Positions 28,884-37,242 of a stretch of DNA of 64,000 nt are shown here, in pieces. The stretch is from a virus. The notes under the pieces are model-generated. The model worked only from the letters and a program-made list of their open reading frames with translations. It made no database searches and had not been told where the DNA came from. Within the stretch, counting starts at the first letter, position 1. The number at the start of each line of letters is the position of its first letter. The DNA lies in the IMG/VR virus record IMGVR_UViG_3300031519_004866. The stretch is one strand, 5' to 3'. The translations under genes and the position numbers were made by a program.

Positions 28884-30010
28884 TGGAACTAACTTCTCTA
28901 CAAAAAGAATGGAATAACTGTACACTTGAGTACGATCTAGAAAGATTTAATTGGCCTGCATGGGCTTTAAGTGTTGTACAAGAAGTAGCGCCAACTGTTA
29001 CTAAATTAGAAACACTACACGAAGTGCTATCTCCTAAAGAGATTGTAACAGTTAGTAAGCATGTACAGAATGCGTGTAGCCGTAAAGACTTTATGGAACG
29101 CTTTGATGCGTTTGTTGCTGAATACATTCCGCAGCGTATTGACGGTAAACGATTTATGATACAGCGCCAAGGAACATTGCGTGTTGTTATTCCAAATCAA
29201 GCAAAAGTAGGCAGACGTTTGCAGTTTCATCAGGGCATTTTTGTAGGCAACGGTAGAGGTTGTAGAACTATATGGACACCGTTCACTGAAGCTCGTGGCA
29301 CTAATACAATGTGGATGGTTGACCTAGAAAACAGCCGCCGTATTACTAAAGACTTTGTTACAGAAAAATGGAGTCTCGAACGTATGGAAGATGAATGTTT
29401 AAAGGTTGCGTTTCCTGTTACTCTTAAACCAGGACAAAGTCATTTATTTTTCCAAGAAATGTTACACGGCAATGTCAACAACGAAGAAGGATATACTCGT
29501 GTTAGCATGGATATGCGTATCTTAATTGAAGGTGAAGAATACGGACGCAGACATCCAGGAGGCTTTATGCGATTGCCTGGCGATCATGAAGTAGCAGAAC
29601 TAGGAGACTATTCCGGCAAGAGTGCAATTACATATGCAGGATGGGCTAGTGATTTTTCTAGGAATGTTACACTACCTATGCAAAGAGCAATTATTGATCA
29701 GTACTGCGAAAGAACAAATATACAATACACTAGTTATGAATTTGAGAATGATCATTGTGATTGGCAGCCAAGTTTAGAATATTTTATTAAACAACAACCT
29801 GATGTGATTGTTCTTAACAGTATGTACAGCCTTACTGATGATGCAGAGCGCAGAACAGAATTATTAAATTTAGCATTAAGATTAGGTGTAGAGTTGCATT
29901 TTGCAAACGAATTGACAGTTCTTAAAACACAAGATGATTTAGATAAAATTGAAACCTATCTCAATTTTGCAGTAGAAAAATTAGAACCTTATGTTTGGGA
30001 ATTAGTGTAA
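28883..30010 (+). CDS. StrG-like 2OG oxygenase fused to a 'sporadic carbohydrate cluster' (LIC12192-like) domain
   Basis: N-part QRQGTLRVVIP...FHQG...LHGNVNN...TRVSMDMR; C-part TLPMQRAIIDQYC...QPDVIVLNSMYSL; recognised by motif only. Confidence 0.55.
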   Translation: MELTSLQKEWNNCTLEYDLERFNWPAWALSVVQEVAPTVTKLETLHEVLSPKEIVTVSKHVQNACSRKDFMERFDAFVAEYIPQRIDGKRFMIQRQGTLRVVIPNQAKVGRRLQFHQGIFVGNGRGCRTIWTPFTEARGTNTMWMVDLENSRRITKDFVTEKWSLERMEDECLKVAFPVTLKPGQSHLFFQEMLHGNVNNEEGYTRVSMDMRILIEGEEYGRRHPGGFMRLPGDHEVAELGDYSGKSAITYAGWASDFSRNVTLPMQRAIIDQYCERTNIQYTSYEFENDHCDWQPSLEYFIKQQPDVIVLNSMYSLTDDAERRTELLNLALRLGVELHFANELTVLKTQDDLDKIETYLNFAVEKLEPYVWELV

Positions 30011-31480
30011 GTTAACCCAAGTGCTACCAGCATACGCCTGTATCTTACTATCAGTAGTATTATAAATCATTTGACCGTTTACTGCTGTAAGAGCATTACG
30101 TTCTGTAGTGGACAAAGATTTAAGCTGTGCTGGTCCACCAAATACTGTTTCTTGTTTTGAGTTAAATGTAACTGCTGTTTGTAGGGCACCTGCTGCATCT
30201 GCTGTTTGTACTTTATATCTACCTGGAACTTGGTTAGCTGCAATAGCACCATCTGCTTCAGCGTCGACAACCACTGCTACACCAATTGATGATTCAGCTC
30301 CTGTGCCGTAGCCCATATAAGCAATTCTAAAGATACCGTCGCCATTTTGAATAGCTGCTGGACTTGCTTTTGTACCACGTGTTTTAACAACCTGTTGTGC
30401 CGGTGCATCTGCGCCAGTGTTGTAGGCTTTGAATGTGAATAGATCGTAATTATCTTCACCGTCACCTTCTGTTTCAAGGAATAAACCGCCAGCTGCAAGA
30501 TCACTGTTAATAATAATATTAGAAGTAGTTACACTGTCGTTAACAACATTACCTTGTACTGTACCGCTTGTTGAATCAATAATAGCAGAGCTATCATCAC
30601 CAAAAACACTACCTCTTAAATCACCGTAGATATTAGCTGCAACAATTTTTCTGTCAATGGCATCAACCATAACTGAACTATCATCACCATACAAACTACC
30701 TCTGAAATCACCAACAACTTGGTTTGCAGTTACCGTATTAAAGATACCACTGTTAGTAGATGTATTAATAATAAGACTTGAATCGTCACCAATAATATTT
30801 GCATTAACGTTTGCACCTGGCTCAGCAACACCACCTAGTGTTAAACCGCCTACAGTTGATCCTGCAGGTAATTCAATTGCTCCGCCATTGTTTGCCATCT
30901 TTGCGCCACCAATCCATACACCGTCACCGGCATATACATTGGCAAATGTTGTTCCTGGTGCACCAACGTTACGTGTATTAGTAGCATCTGGAATTACGTT
31001 ATCTTTAATAGTGCCGTTTAAGTTAATTGCACTGTCTACTGCATTAATAAGAATAGAAGAATCGTCACCAAATACTGAACCTGTATAGTCTGCTACAATT
31101 TTACCTGTAACAGTTAAGTTGCCACCAATTGTGCTGTTTCCAGCAATATCCAATCCACCACTGCCAGTAATGTTATATGAATTTAAATCTAAATTTTGTA
31201 GTAATTGAGGTGGGCTAACTGTTGCGCTGATAGTGTTTGCGCCATCGTTGTAAGCAAATGTAATTCCTGTATTGGGGCCTGCTACTAGCATGTTCCCAAC
31301 TGCATCTTGTGCATCTTCTGCATTAAAACCTGTTACTGGCTCTAGCGCATTTAATAATGTTGTACCGTCTCCGACGTACAATTTGGCCTGATCTGTAATC
31401 CAAATAAGCTCTCCTGCCTGTGGTGCAGTGGCTAGCGTTTGGCGTTCAGCGTCGGTCCCTCTTCGAATTTGTAGTGGCAT
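30002..31480 (-). CDS. Virion structural / tail-fibre-like protein
   Basis: N-terminal MPLQIRRGT...GELIW.TD..KLYVGDG tail-fibre head motif; four GDDSS repeats; C-terminal GQMIYNTTDSKIQAY. Confidence 0.75.
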   Translation of the reverse strand: MPLQIRRGTDAERQTLATAPQAGELIWITDQAKLYVGDGTTLLNALEPVTGFNAEDAQDAVGNMLVAGPNTGITFAYNDGANTISATVSPPQLLQNLDLNSYNITGSGGLDIAGNSTIGGNLTVTGKIVADYTGSVFGDDSSILINAVDSAINLNGTIKDNVIPDATNTRNVGAPGTTFANVYAGDGVWIGGAKMANNGGAIELPAGSTVGGLTLGGVAEPGANVNANIIGDDSSLIINTSTNSGIFNTVTANQVVGDFRGSLYGDDSSVMVDAIDRKIVAANIYGDLRGSVFGDDSSAIIDSTSGTVQGNVVNDSVTTSNIIINSDLAAGGLFLETEGDGEDNYDLFTFKAYNTGADAPAQQVVKTRGTKASPAAIQNGDGIFRIAYMGYGTGAESSIGVAVVVDAEADGAIAANQVPGRYKVQTADAAGALQTAVTFNSKQETVFGGPAQLKSLSTTERNALTAVNGQMIYNTTDSKIQAYAGSTWVNLH

Positions 31481-31555
31481 ATTTTTTTAAACTCCTGGCA
31501 GTATTCGTTTCTTATACGTAGTATTTATGCCTAGTCACACTTTGTAGCATATTTC

Positions 31556-32128
31556 CTAAGATAATATTTCAACGTCTGCAGCTATTATATATCTATATTT
31601 ATCACTTTGCGGCATTGCTGGTCTATGCCAGTAATGGCTTGGGTATACTAACCAACTGTAATCAGCTGGTTTTACAAAGAATTTACCTTCCTTTTCAGGC
31701 CCGTTAGGTGCAAATTCAGTTCCGCAGTAATCTTTGTTTTCAACGTTATCAGGAATTTCTAAATACATAATGCCGCTCATACTTTGTGGCTGCGGTTTGT
31801 GTTGATGATGGTGCCATAGCTTTTCTCTATCTTCTGCACCTGCTGTATTAGTTTTAAAACTCCATGCCTGCATATTACCTACTTTAACTTCTTTATCAAA
31901 GTACATGAAAATACTAAACAAGAAGCTCATACGGTACTTTAACCATAAAGGTTCTGGCCTAGCAAATATGTTTTCTTTAGTTTGAAATTTAGGAGAGTTT
32001 TCCCAATAGTTGCCGCTGTCAATGATGCTGTTAACAATTTGAATAGCGTTTTGATTATCTTCTGCTGTTATAGTAGAACTAAAATCAAACTTTTTAAACG
32101 TTGAATTAGAATCAATTAAATTATCCAT
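31556..32128 (-). CDS. Putative 2OG-Fe(II) oxygenase
   Basis: WHHHQH...SGIMYL...GTEF...WLVYPSHYWHRP...RYIIAAD. Confidence 0.65.
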   Translation of the reverse strand: MDNLIDSNSTFKKFDFSSTITAEDNQNAIQIVNSIIDSGNYWENSPKFQTKENIFARPEPLWLKYRMSFLFSIFMYFDKEVKVGNMQAWSFKTNTAGAEDREKLWHHHQHKPQPQSMSGIMYLEIPDNVENKDYCGTEFAPNGPEKEGKFFVKPADYSWLVYPSHYWHRPAMPQSDKYRYIIAADVEILS

Positions 32129-32837
32129 CTACAAGATTCTCTTTAATTTGTTTTAAAACAAGTTGTTTCATCCGTGTTTCTTTAAACCTTGCATACCTAT
32201 TTGCCAAAGGTACCCACGAGTCCCAAGATGTTGATGTACTACATGCAACCGAATAACGCTTTAGCTCGTCATTCATTTTAAATCTAATAAACTCAATAGG
32301 TTTCTCTGTACCAAATCCAAAGTAGCATAACGGTTCATCTTCTTTAATTGTAAACTTTTTAAGACCTGGATCTAGCATGAACTCTACATTAACTGCCCTA
32401 AACCACTTGCCAATATCGTACCTAGCAGGTACCATAGTTGCAGTCTTCTGCCATAGACTGTTATTAAACCACGGAGCAGTAAGAGTACAGTCTAAGCTAT
32501 CAGCATCAGTAAAGAACACATAACGCAACCCATATTCTAATAGGATTTGATCATGCAAGTTAGGTTGTCGAACAACATTTGCAAACACACCTTGACGTGT
32601 AGTTGGCGGTATCATCTGTCCATTGTTATCAAACTCGAACGTTGATGTAAGAGGGTTCTTAAATTCTAGTGTATTTTTTGCTAAATGTTTAAAGGCAGGG
32701 CAATAGAACATACTGTCATACTTGTTGACATCTGTTTTTTGTTTATATGATTTATCAAAAACACTGATTGGATCTGCATACAACATGTTCCAATCAATAC
32801 TAGTGTGTTCGTAATCGGGTGCCCAATAAACCTTCAT
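32121..32837 (-). CDS. Hypothetical protein
   Basis: 238 aa ORF coupled to neighbours by overlaps. Confidence 0.6.
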   Translation of the reverse strand: MKVYWAPDYEHTSIDWNMLYADPISVFDKSYKQKTDVNKYDSMFYCPAFKHLAKNTLEFKNPLTSTFEFDNNGQMIPPTTRQGVFANVVRQPNLHDQILLEYGLRYVFFTDADSLDCTLTAPWFNNSLWQKTATMVPARYDIGKWFRAVNVEFMLDPGLKKFTIKEDEPLCYFGFGTEKPIEFIRFKMNDELKRYSVACSTSTSWDSWVPLANRYARFKETRMKQLVLKQIKENLVDG

Positions 32838-33289
32838 GCTAATTCTTCTTTATCGTTACCTATCCAGTTAGCTACATCATCACCGTAATTACGAATAAAG
32901 TTTCCGTTCTTAACTTTCATTGCAACTGCGCCGCCACCCGATCTAATATACTGCCGGCCTCCGTCAATCATTTTATCGCCTACAACTTTGTAGTCGTGGT
33001 GTGACTGACTGTAATAGTATTTACCGTCAACTTCAATCATACCAAACTCAAGTTCTTCTATTTTATCAGCATTAGTGATCATCATACAGTCACGTATCGA
33101 ATCCCAATATAAACCAAAATACCTATTACCAAAGTCAGGGTGAGGCTCGGCCCTGTAAAAAATGTCACAAGGAACGTCACTAGCATTGAGATCGCTAGTG
33201 CATACATATCGTATTTCACATCCGTCTTTTCGTCCATAGAGTTCTTCTACCTTTGCTGTATCAAATAATGGCTCGTGTTTGATGTTCAC
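32834..33289 (-). CDS. Hypothetical phage protein
   Basis: 151 aa; C-terminal YSQSHHDY...MIDGGRQYIR motif typical of myovirus hypotheticals. Confidence 0.6.
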   Translation of the reverse strand: MNIKHEPLFDTAKVEELYGRKDGCEIRYVCTSDLNASDVPCDIFYRAEPHPDFGNRYFGLYWDSIRDCMMITNADKIEELEFGMIEVDGKYYYSQSHHDYKVVGDKMIDGGRQYIRSGGGAVAMKVKNGNFIRNYGDDVANWIGNDKEELA

Positions 33290-33820
33290 TTACATTAATC
33301 CTTCTTGTCCTAATAGTTCAACATTTTCATCTGTTAGCGGAATTTCAGTCTTGACCATTAATTCAAAGATCTCTTCTTCAAGTGCTTGTCGACTCATTGT
33401 AAGACTGCCAACTTCTGCTTTAGCTTGTTTAATTTGTTCTAATGATACAACACCTGTACTTACGCTTCCATCTACTTCGTCTAAATAGCCTTTGAGCGCA
33501 TCAGGGTCTGTTAGCGGAATTGCATCTGCAATCTGTTTTACCTGTGCAATCCTATTATCAACAAACCCAATCTTAGCTTGTGCAGTAGTAATACCACTAC
33601 CTGCCATAGCTTGTGAAACTAGTGCTGCAATATTGTAATAGGTTTGAAGTAGACGTTGTCTACGCTCGTCAGTTTTAAAAAGTGTTTCGTTAGCACTTTC
33701 AAGTGTTTTAATAATATCATCGTCTTTCTTAACTTCGTGTGAAAAGTTAAGGTGTACAGAATCAATATGTCGCTTAATACTATTCTGTAAATGTGTTGCT
33801 TTGCGAATGCTCAGTTCCAT
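33290..33820 (-). CDS. Hypothetical coiled-coil protein
   Basis: ATG 33820 with GAGGA SD; helical heptad pattern. Confidence 0.55.
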   Translation of the reverse strand: MELSIRKATHLQNSIKRHIDSVHLNFSHEVKKDDDIIKTLESANETLFKTDERRQRLLQTYYNIAALVSQAMAGSGITTAQAKIGFVDNRIAQVKQIADAIPLTDPDALKGYLDEVDGSVSTGVVSLEQIKQAKAEVGSLTMSRQALEEEIFELMVKTEIPLTDENVELLGQEGLM

Positions 33821-34103
33821 AATTATCCTCCTCGTTAATTGCTGCAATTAGTTCTTCTTCAGCATTGTTTACAAGACCATTATAATGATCTTCGGTATAC
33901 ATACCAAGTGCAATTTCTTTTATTGCAATTGTTGTAACTTTTTGGCCAGGATGAATTTCTACCCTAGGTGCAGATCCTTGCTGAAGTTCTCGAGCTCTTT
34001 TTGATGCCATCAAGCACAACAAATGTTGATTATCTACAGCATCGTGTGCTGCCTGATGTAGTGTATATGCTTCACGTTGTTTTTGGTCTGCTACAGTAGC
34101 CAT
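33780..34103 (-). CDS. rpoZ: RNA polymerase omega subunit-like protein
   Basis: DNQHLLCLMASKRARELQQGSAPRV...KVTTIAIKEIALG aligns with the omega core N(R/K)(F/Y)xLV.xAAxRARQL..G..P...K.T.IALxEI..G. Confidence 0.75.
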   Translation of the reverse strand: MATVADQKQREAYTLHQAAHDAVDNQHLLCLMASKRARELQQGSAPRVEIHPGQKVTTIAIKEIALGMYTEDHYNGLVNNAEEELIAAINEEDNYGTEHSQSNTFTE

Positions 34104-34134
34104 AATTTAATTCCTTTATATTTGTTACAATATC

Positions 34135-34163
34135 ATTGTAGCACGTTTTAAACAGTATGTCAA
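34135..34163 (-). promoter_or_regulatory. sigma70-type promoter for the rpoZ-like gene
   Basis: TTGACA (34163-34158), 17 nt, TACAAT (34140-34135). Confidence 0.7.
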
Positions 34164-34167
34164 CATA

Positions 34168-34779
34168 TCATTTAGCAATAAGTTTAGCATCCCATGCCAA
34201 AATAGTTCTACAACCTTGACCGCTCCATGGATACACTGTGTGCGGTATGTAACTTGGAAAAATAATCATTTTTAATGGCTGCGGTTTAAATCGCCATTGA
34301 TCAGTAAACACAAAATGTGCTGGATTTCTAATTACTGGTAATCTAAATTCAATATTTGCATCGCTTGGCCTAGCGTTTTCTTCTAGTAACGGTATGTCAA
34401 TATAAATGTTACCACTAATGTGTGCTTCATGACTGTGAAGTGCTTGGTAGTCCCCGCTTTCTTGTTTAATAGTCCATGCTGAAATTAATACAGGATCATA
34501 TCCATATAAGTCACCAACGCCACTAGTTTTAATAATGTTAGCAATATACTCTTTACAGCGATTCTCAACAAAGTCTTTTAGGTGTGTAGTATTCAACCCA
34601 AGTTCGTTTGGTAACAACTGTATTTGTTGCCCACCTCTAATGCTAATCTCAGGATTGCCTTCATCGTTCTTTTCGCTGTGTTCGTGAGCAGCATCTGTTA
34701 GTGCTTTTAGTTGTGAATAATCTCCTGACGGAACATCGTCAACTGCCATCACTGTTGGATTAAAATATGCAAACTTCAT
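34168..34779 (-). CDS. Putative 2OG-Fe(II) oxygenase (TIGR02466-like)
   Basis: AWTIKQESGDYQALHSH...ISGNIY...IIFPSYIPHTVYP. Confidence 0.8.
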   Translation of the reverse strand: MKFAYFNPTVMAVDDVPSGDYSQLKALTDAAHEHSEKNDEGNPEISIRGGQQIQLLPNELGLNTTHLKDFVENRCKEYIANIIKTSGVGDLYGYDPVLISAWTIKQESGDYQALHSHEAHISGNIYIDIPLLEENARPSDANIEFRLPVIRNPAHFVFTDQWRFKPQPLKMIIFPSYIPHTVYPWSGQGCRTILAWDAKLIAK

Positions 34780-35378
34780 TATACATTTAACCTTGTTAGA
34801 GTTTGACCGTTAATTTGACCTTTGACAAACGTGTTAAAACTTAGTGTAATTCTAGGTGTTGTTCCTGTGTACGACTGTACCAAGTGTTCCATGCTAGAAG
34901 GAAAAATTAGCATTGTACCAACTGTCGGTTCAACTGACCAACTTTTACTGTTCCACAAGTTTGGTTCTGTGATTTCAAACTCTAGTGTGTCGTATGCACC
35001 TGTAATGAAGCTAGTATGTCCGCCTTGCTCTGCGTCACCACTAAGGAATACAATTGCAGAAAGTACTGAGTTAGGATGCCAATGTCTATGATGTGTTTGA
35101 TTAGTTTCTGTTTTATTAAACCAAGACTCTGTAATGTAAATTTCTGTTACAGGGTCAACATGCATAACGTCATAAAAGTAATCGTGTATACCTTTCATAC
35201 ATTCTTCTTTAAGTTTCTTAAAGTTATCATCATCTAGCACTGTTTGACTAGTACTAATGTTGTTATGATAGTTAGGCACCCATTCAATTTTGCTTATGTC
35301 TGTACCTTCTAAATCTACTGTGGTACGTATAACTGTTTTAGCAAACAGTGGATATACTTCTAAGTTTTCGTTGTTCAT
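34779..35378 (-). CDS. Putative 2OG-Fe(II) oxygenase (TIGR02466-like)
   Basis: SWFN...HHRHWHPNSVLS...LIFPSSMEHLV...RITLSFN. Confidence 0.8.
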   Translation of the reverse strand: MNNENLEVYPLFAKTVIRTTVDLEGTDISKIEWVPNYHNNISTSQTVLDDDNFKKLKEECMKGIHDYFYDVMHVDPVTEIYITESWFNKTETNQTHHRHWHPNSVLSAIVFLSGDAEQGGHTSFITGAYDTLEFEITEPNLWNSKSWSVEPTVGTMLIFPSSMEHLVQSYTGTTPRITLSFNTFVKGQINGQTLTRLNV

Positions 35379-36019
35379 GTTCTTTCCTTTGGTATCATTA
35401 TCCTGTCTATGTTTCTTTCGCAGATATCTACAACTACATAATCTAATTTGTTTTCTAGATAGTCGATAGCATAATGTTGTTGCTGAAAGCGAAGTGCTTC
35501 GTCAGGCGCAGCTTCGCAAATAATTAGTGGTCTGTATTTCTCAATAGTTTTTAACGCTCCTTGGATGATATCATATTCAAAGCCATCAGTGTCTATTTTA
35601 ATGTAGTCAATATTAGGAAGATTAAAACTATCTAACGTATAAGTTTTAAGTTCGCTTTGGCCAAATGTTGTATCTAATCTTGGGTACTTGTTTTTAGTAT
35701 TTCCTAGACAACATGTAAAGTGCGTAACTTTTTCTTGACTTACATTTCTAGGAAATAGTTTACGCTTACGAGGATCAAAACAAAATACATGTTCAAAGTC
35801 TTCTTGTAGATAACGAGTAAATTCACCATCTCTACAACCAATGTCAACTGCATTGCGTCTTGAGTGTATGTGTGGAACACTCTTAACCCAAGTTAATTTA
35901 CAATGATGATTAGGAAACTCTTGAATGCCATCCGTGCTATGAAAGAAATCTTTATCATACCATGACGGATCATAGATGTACTGTTCTGGTAAAAATTCTG
36001 TTATAGATACTGGGTACAT
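35375..36019 (-). CDS. FkbM-family methyltransferase
   Basis: AVDIGCRDG, VFCFDP, YIKIDTDGFEYDIIQGA...RPLI. Confidence 0.8.
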   Translation of the reverse strand: MYPVSITEFLPEQYIYDPSWYDKDFFHSTDGIQEFPNHHCKLTWVKSVPHIHSRRNAVDIGCRDGEFTRYLQEDFEHVFCFDPRKRKLFPRNVSQEKVTHFTCCLGNTKNKYPRLDTTFGQSELKTYTLDSFNLPNIDYIKIDTDGFEYDIIQGALKTIEKYRPLIICEAAPDEALRFQQQHYAIDYLENKLDYVVVDICERNIDRIMIPKERT

Positions 36020-36037
36020 TATAATCCTTTTATTATA

Positions 36038-36113
36038 TGGTGCCGGCAGCAAGATTCGAACTCGCGACCTATGGTTTACAAAACCATTGCTCTACCAACT
36101 GAGCTATGCCGGC
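36038..36113 (-). tRNA. trnT: tRNA-Thr(UGU)
   Basis: GCCGGCA acceptor stem, D-arm AGCTCAGTTGGTAGAGC, anticodon arm ATGGT-TTTGTAA-ACCAT, GTTCGAATC, encoded CCA; 76 nt. Confidence 0.95.
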
Positions 36114-36793
36114 GTCTTGTTATTTAACTCCCATGCTGTTACATCAGCAGGAGAATTGATTTCTATTCCGTTAAAGTCCACACAACTGCAACCTATATCC
36201 CAGCCTGCTTTAAGCCAACGTAACTGTTCTAGTTTTTCAACCTGTTCTTCTTGTGTAACTTCCATGCCTTTATAGAATAATAACGGATTGCGTTTGTATC
36301 CGTAAATACCTAAATGCCAATGTCCGTATCCAGTTAGTCCTCTACCAAACCACAGAGCTTTGTCACCAGCACGTACCATCTTAACTGAGTTAGGATCGTC
36401 TTGCATTGCTTTAGGCATTTCTGCGTATACTGTGCTTATTTGATAATACTTGAGCCATTCTACACAACGTTCAATCATTTGTAGTGTTACATCAGGCATA
36501 TCGCCTTGTACATTAATAAATTGATCGTACTCATTAAAGAAGTCGTTTTGTACTGCGCCTGCAACACGTTCTGTGCCGTTGTCGTAATCTTTTTCATCAA
36601 TCCAGCAGTTATCCGGGCCAAACAAATTAAAGATACGCATGTCATCTGTTAGTACATATGTTGGTATCTTAGACGCAACACAAGCGTCATACACACGTTT
36701 AATCATAGGAACTCCATCTAACATAGCAAGAGGCTTTCCAGGGAAACGTGTGCTACCGTAACGTGCAGGTATTAGAATAGCAGTGTTAGGCAT
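36104..36793 (-). CDS. kdsB: 3-deoxy-manno-octulosonate cytidylyltransferase (CMP-Kdo synthetase)
   Basis: IPARYGSTRFPGKPL, NGTER, INVQGD, HLGIYGY, EKLEQLRWL. Confidence 0.92.
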   Translation of the reverse strand: MPNTAILIPARYGSTRFPGKPLAMLDGVPMIKRVYDACVASKIPTYVLTDDMRIFNLFGPDNCWIDEKDYDNGTERVAGAVQNDFFNEYDQFINVQGDMPDVTLQMIERCVEWLKYYQISTVYAEMPKAMQDDPNSVKMVRAGDKALWFGRGLTGYGHWHLGIYGYKRNPLLFYKGMEVTQEEQVEKLEQLRWLKAGWDIGCSCVDFNGIEINSPADVTAWELNNKTPA

Positions 36794-37064
36794 TAACTTC
36801 ACCTACTGTAACTACATTATCCCAACGAAAGCTGCGCCAGCCTTTTGCATTGATATCCCAAACAATTTGTACTTCTGGATTAATAGCTCTTATTTTCTTT
36901 AGTGATGCTGGGTCTTGCTTAGTTGCAGCAGGAACAACACCTTCTTTAAGTGTACAAGTCATTACTCGTTTGTCACCATTAATCTTAGTAAATGTTACTA
37001 CAACTTCTTCTTTTAAAAGTTTAGGAACTGTTTGTTCTTTTAGTTCTTTAGCTTGGTCTTTCAT
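36786..37064 (-). CDS. SH3-like beta-barrel (WYL_2/DUF2693-like) phage protein
   Basis: VVTFTKINGDKRVMTCTL...WDINAKGWRSFRWD. Confidence 0.75.
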   Translation of the reverse strand: MKDQAKELKEQTVPKLLKEEVVVTFTKINGDKRVMTCTLKEGVVPAATKQDPASLKKIRAINPEVQIVWDINAKGWRSFRWDNVVTVGEVNA

Positions 37065-37074
37065 AAGTTCTCCT

Positions 37075-37242
37075 CTACCATAACCCTATAGTTTTTCCGT
37101 TTCCAATAATAATGAAAAAGCAGGTTACGATGTGTATGATCCACCAAAAGGTTCGTACCACCGCAACCATGTCAGCTTGACTATCAGTCTCGCCTACTTT
37201 TTCACCCAGACTTTTAGCCCAGATTCTCCACACCTTCTTCAT
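37075..37242 (-). CDS. Small membrane protein (55 aa)
   Basis: Manual translation MKKVWRIWAKSLGEKVGETDSQADMVAVVRTFWWIIHIVTCFFIIIGNG...; ATGA overlap with the HD gene stop; GGAG SD. Confidence 0.7.
   Translation of the reverse strand: MKKVWRIWAKSLGEKVGETDSQADMVAVVRTFWWIIHIVTCFFIIIGNGKTIGLW

Noticed and set aside
3462-30010. Short RiPP precursor peptide for the radical SAM-SPASM enzymes
   Set aside because: Genes overlap or abut, leaving no gap with a convincing small SD-led ORF; a precursor could lie outside the window
36038-36113. tRNA as a prophage integration site (att)
   Set aside because: No integrase and no duplicated tRNA 3' fragment in the window
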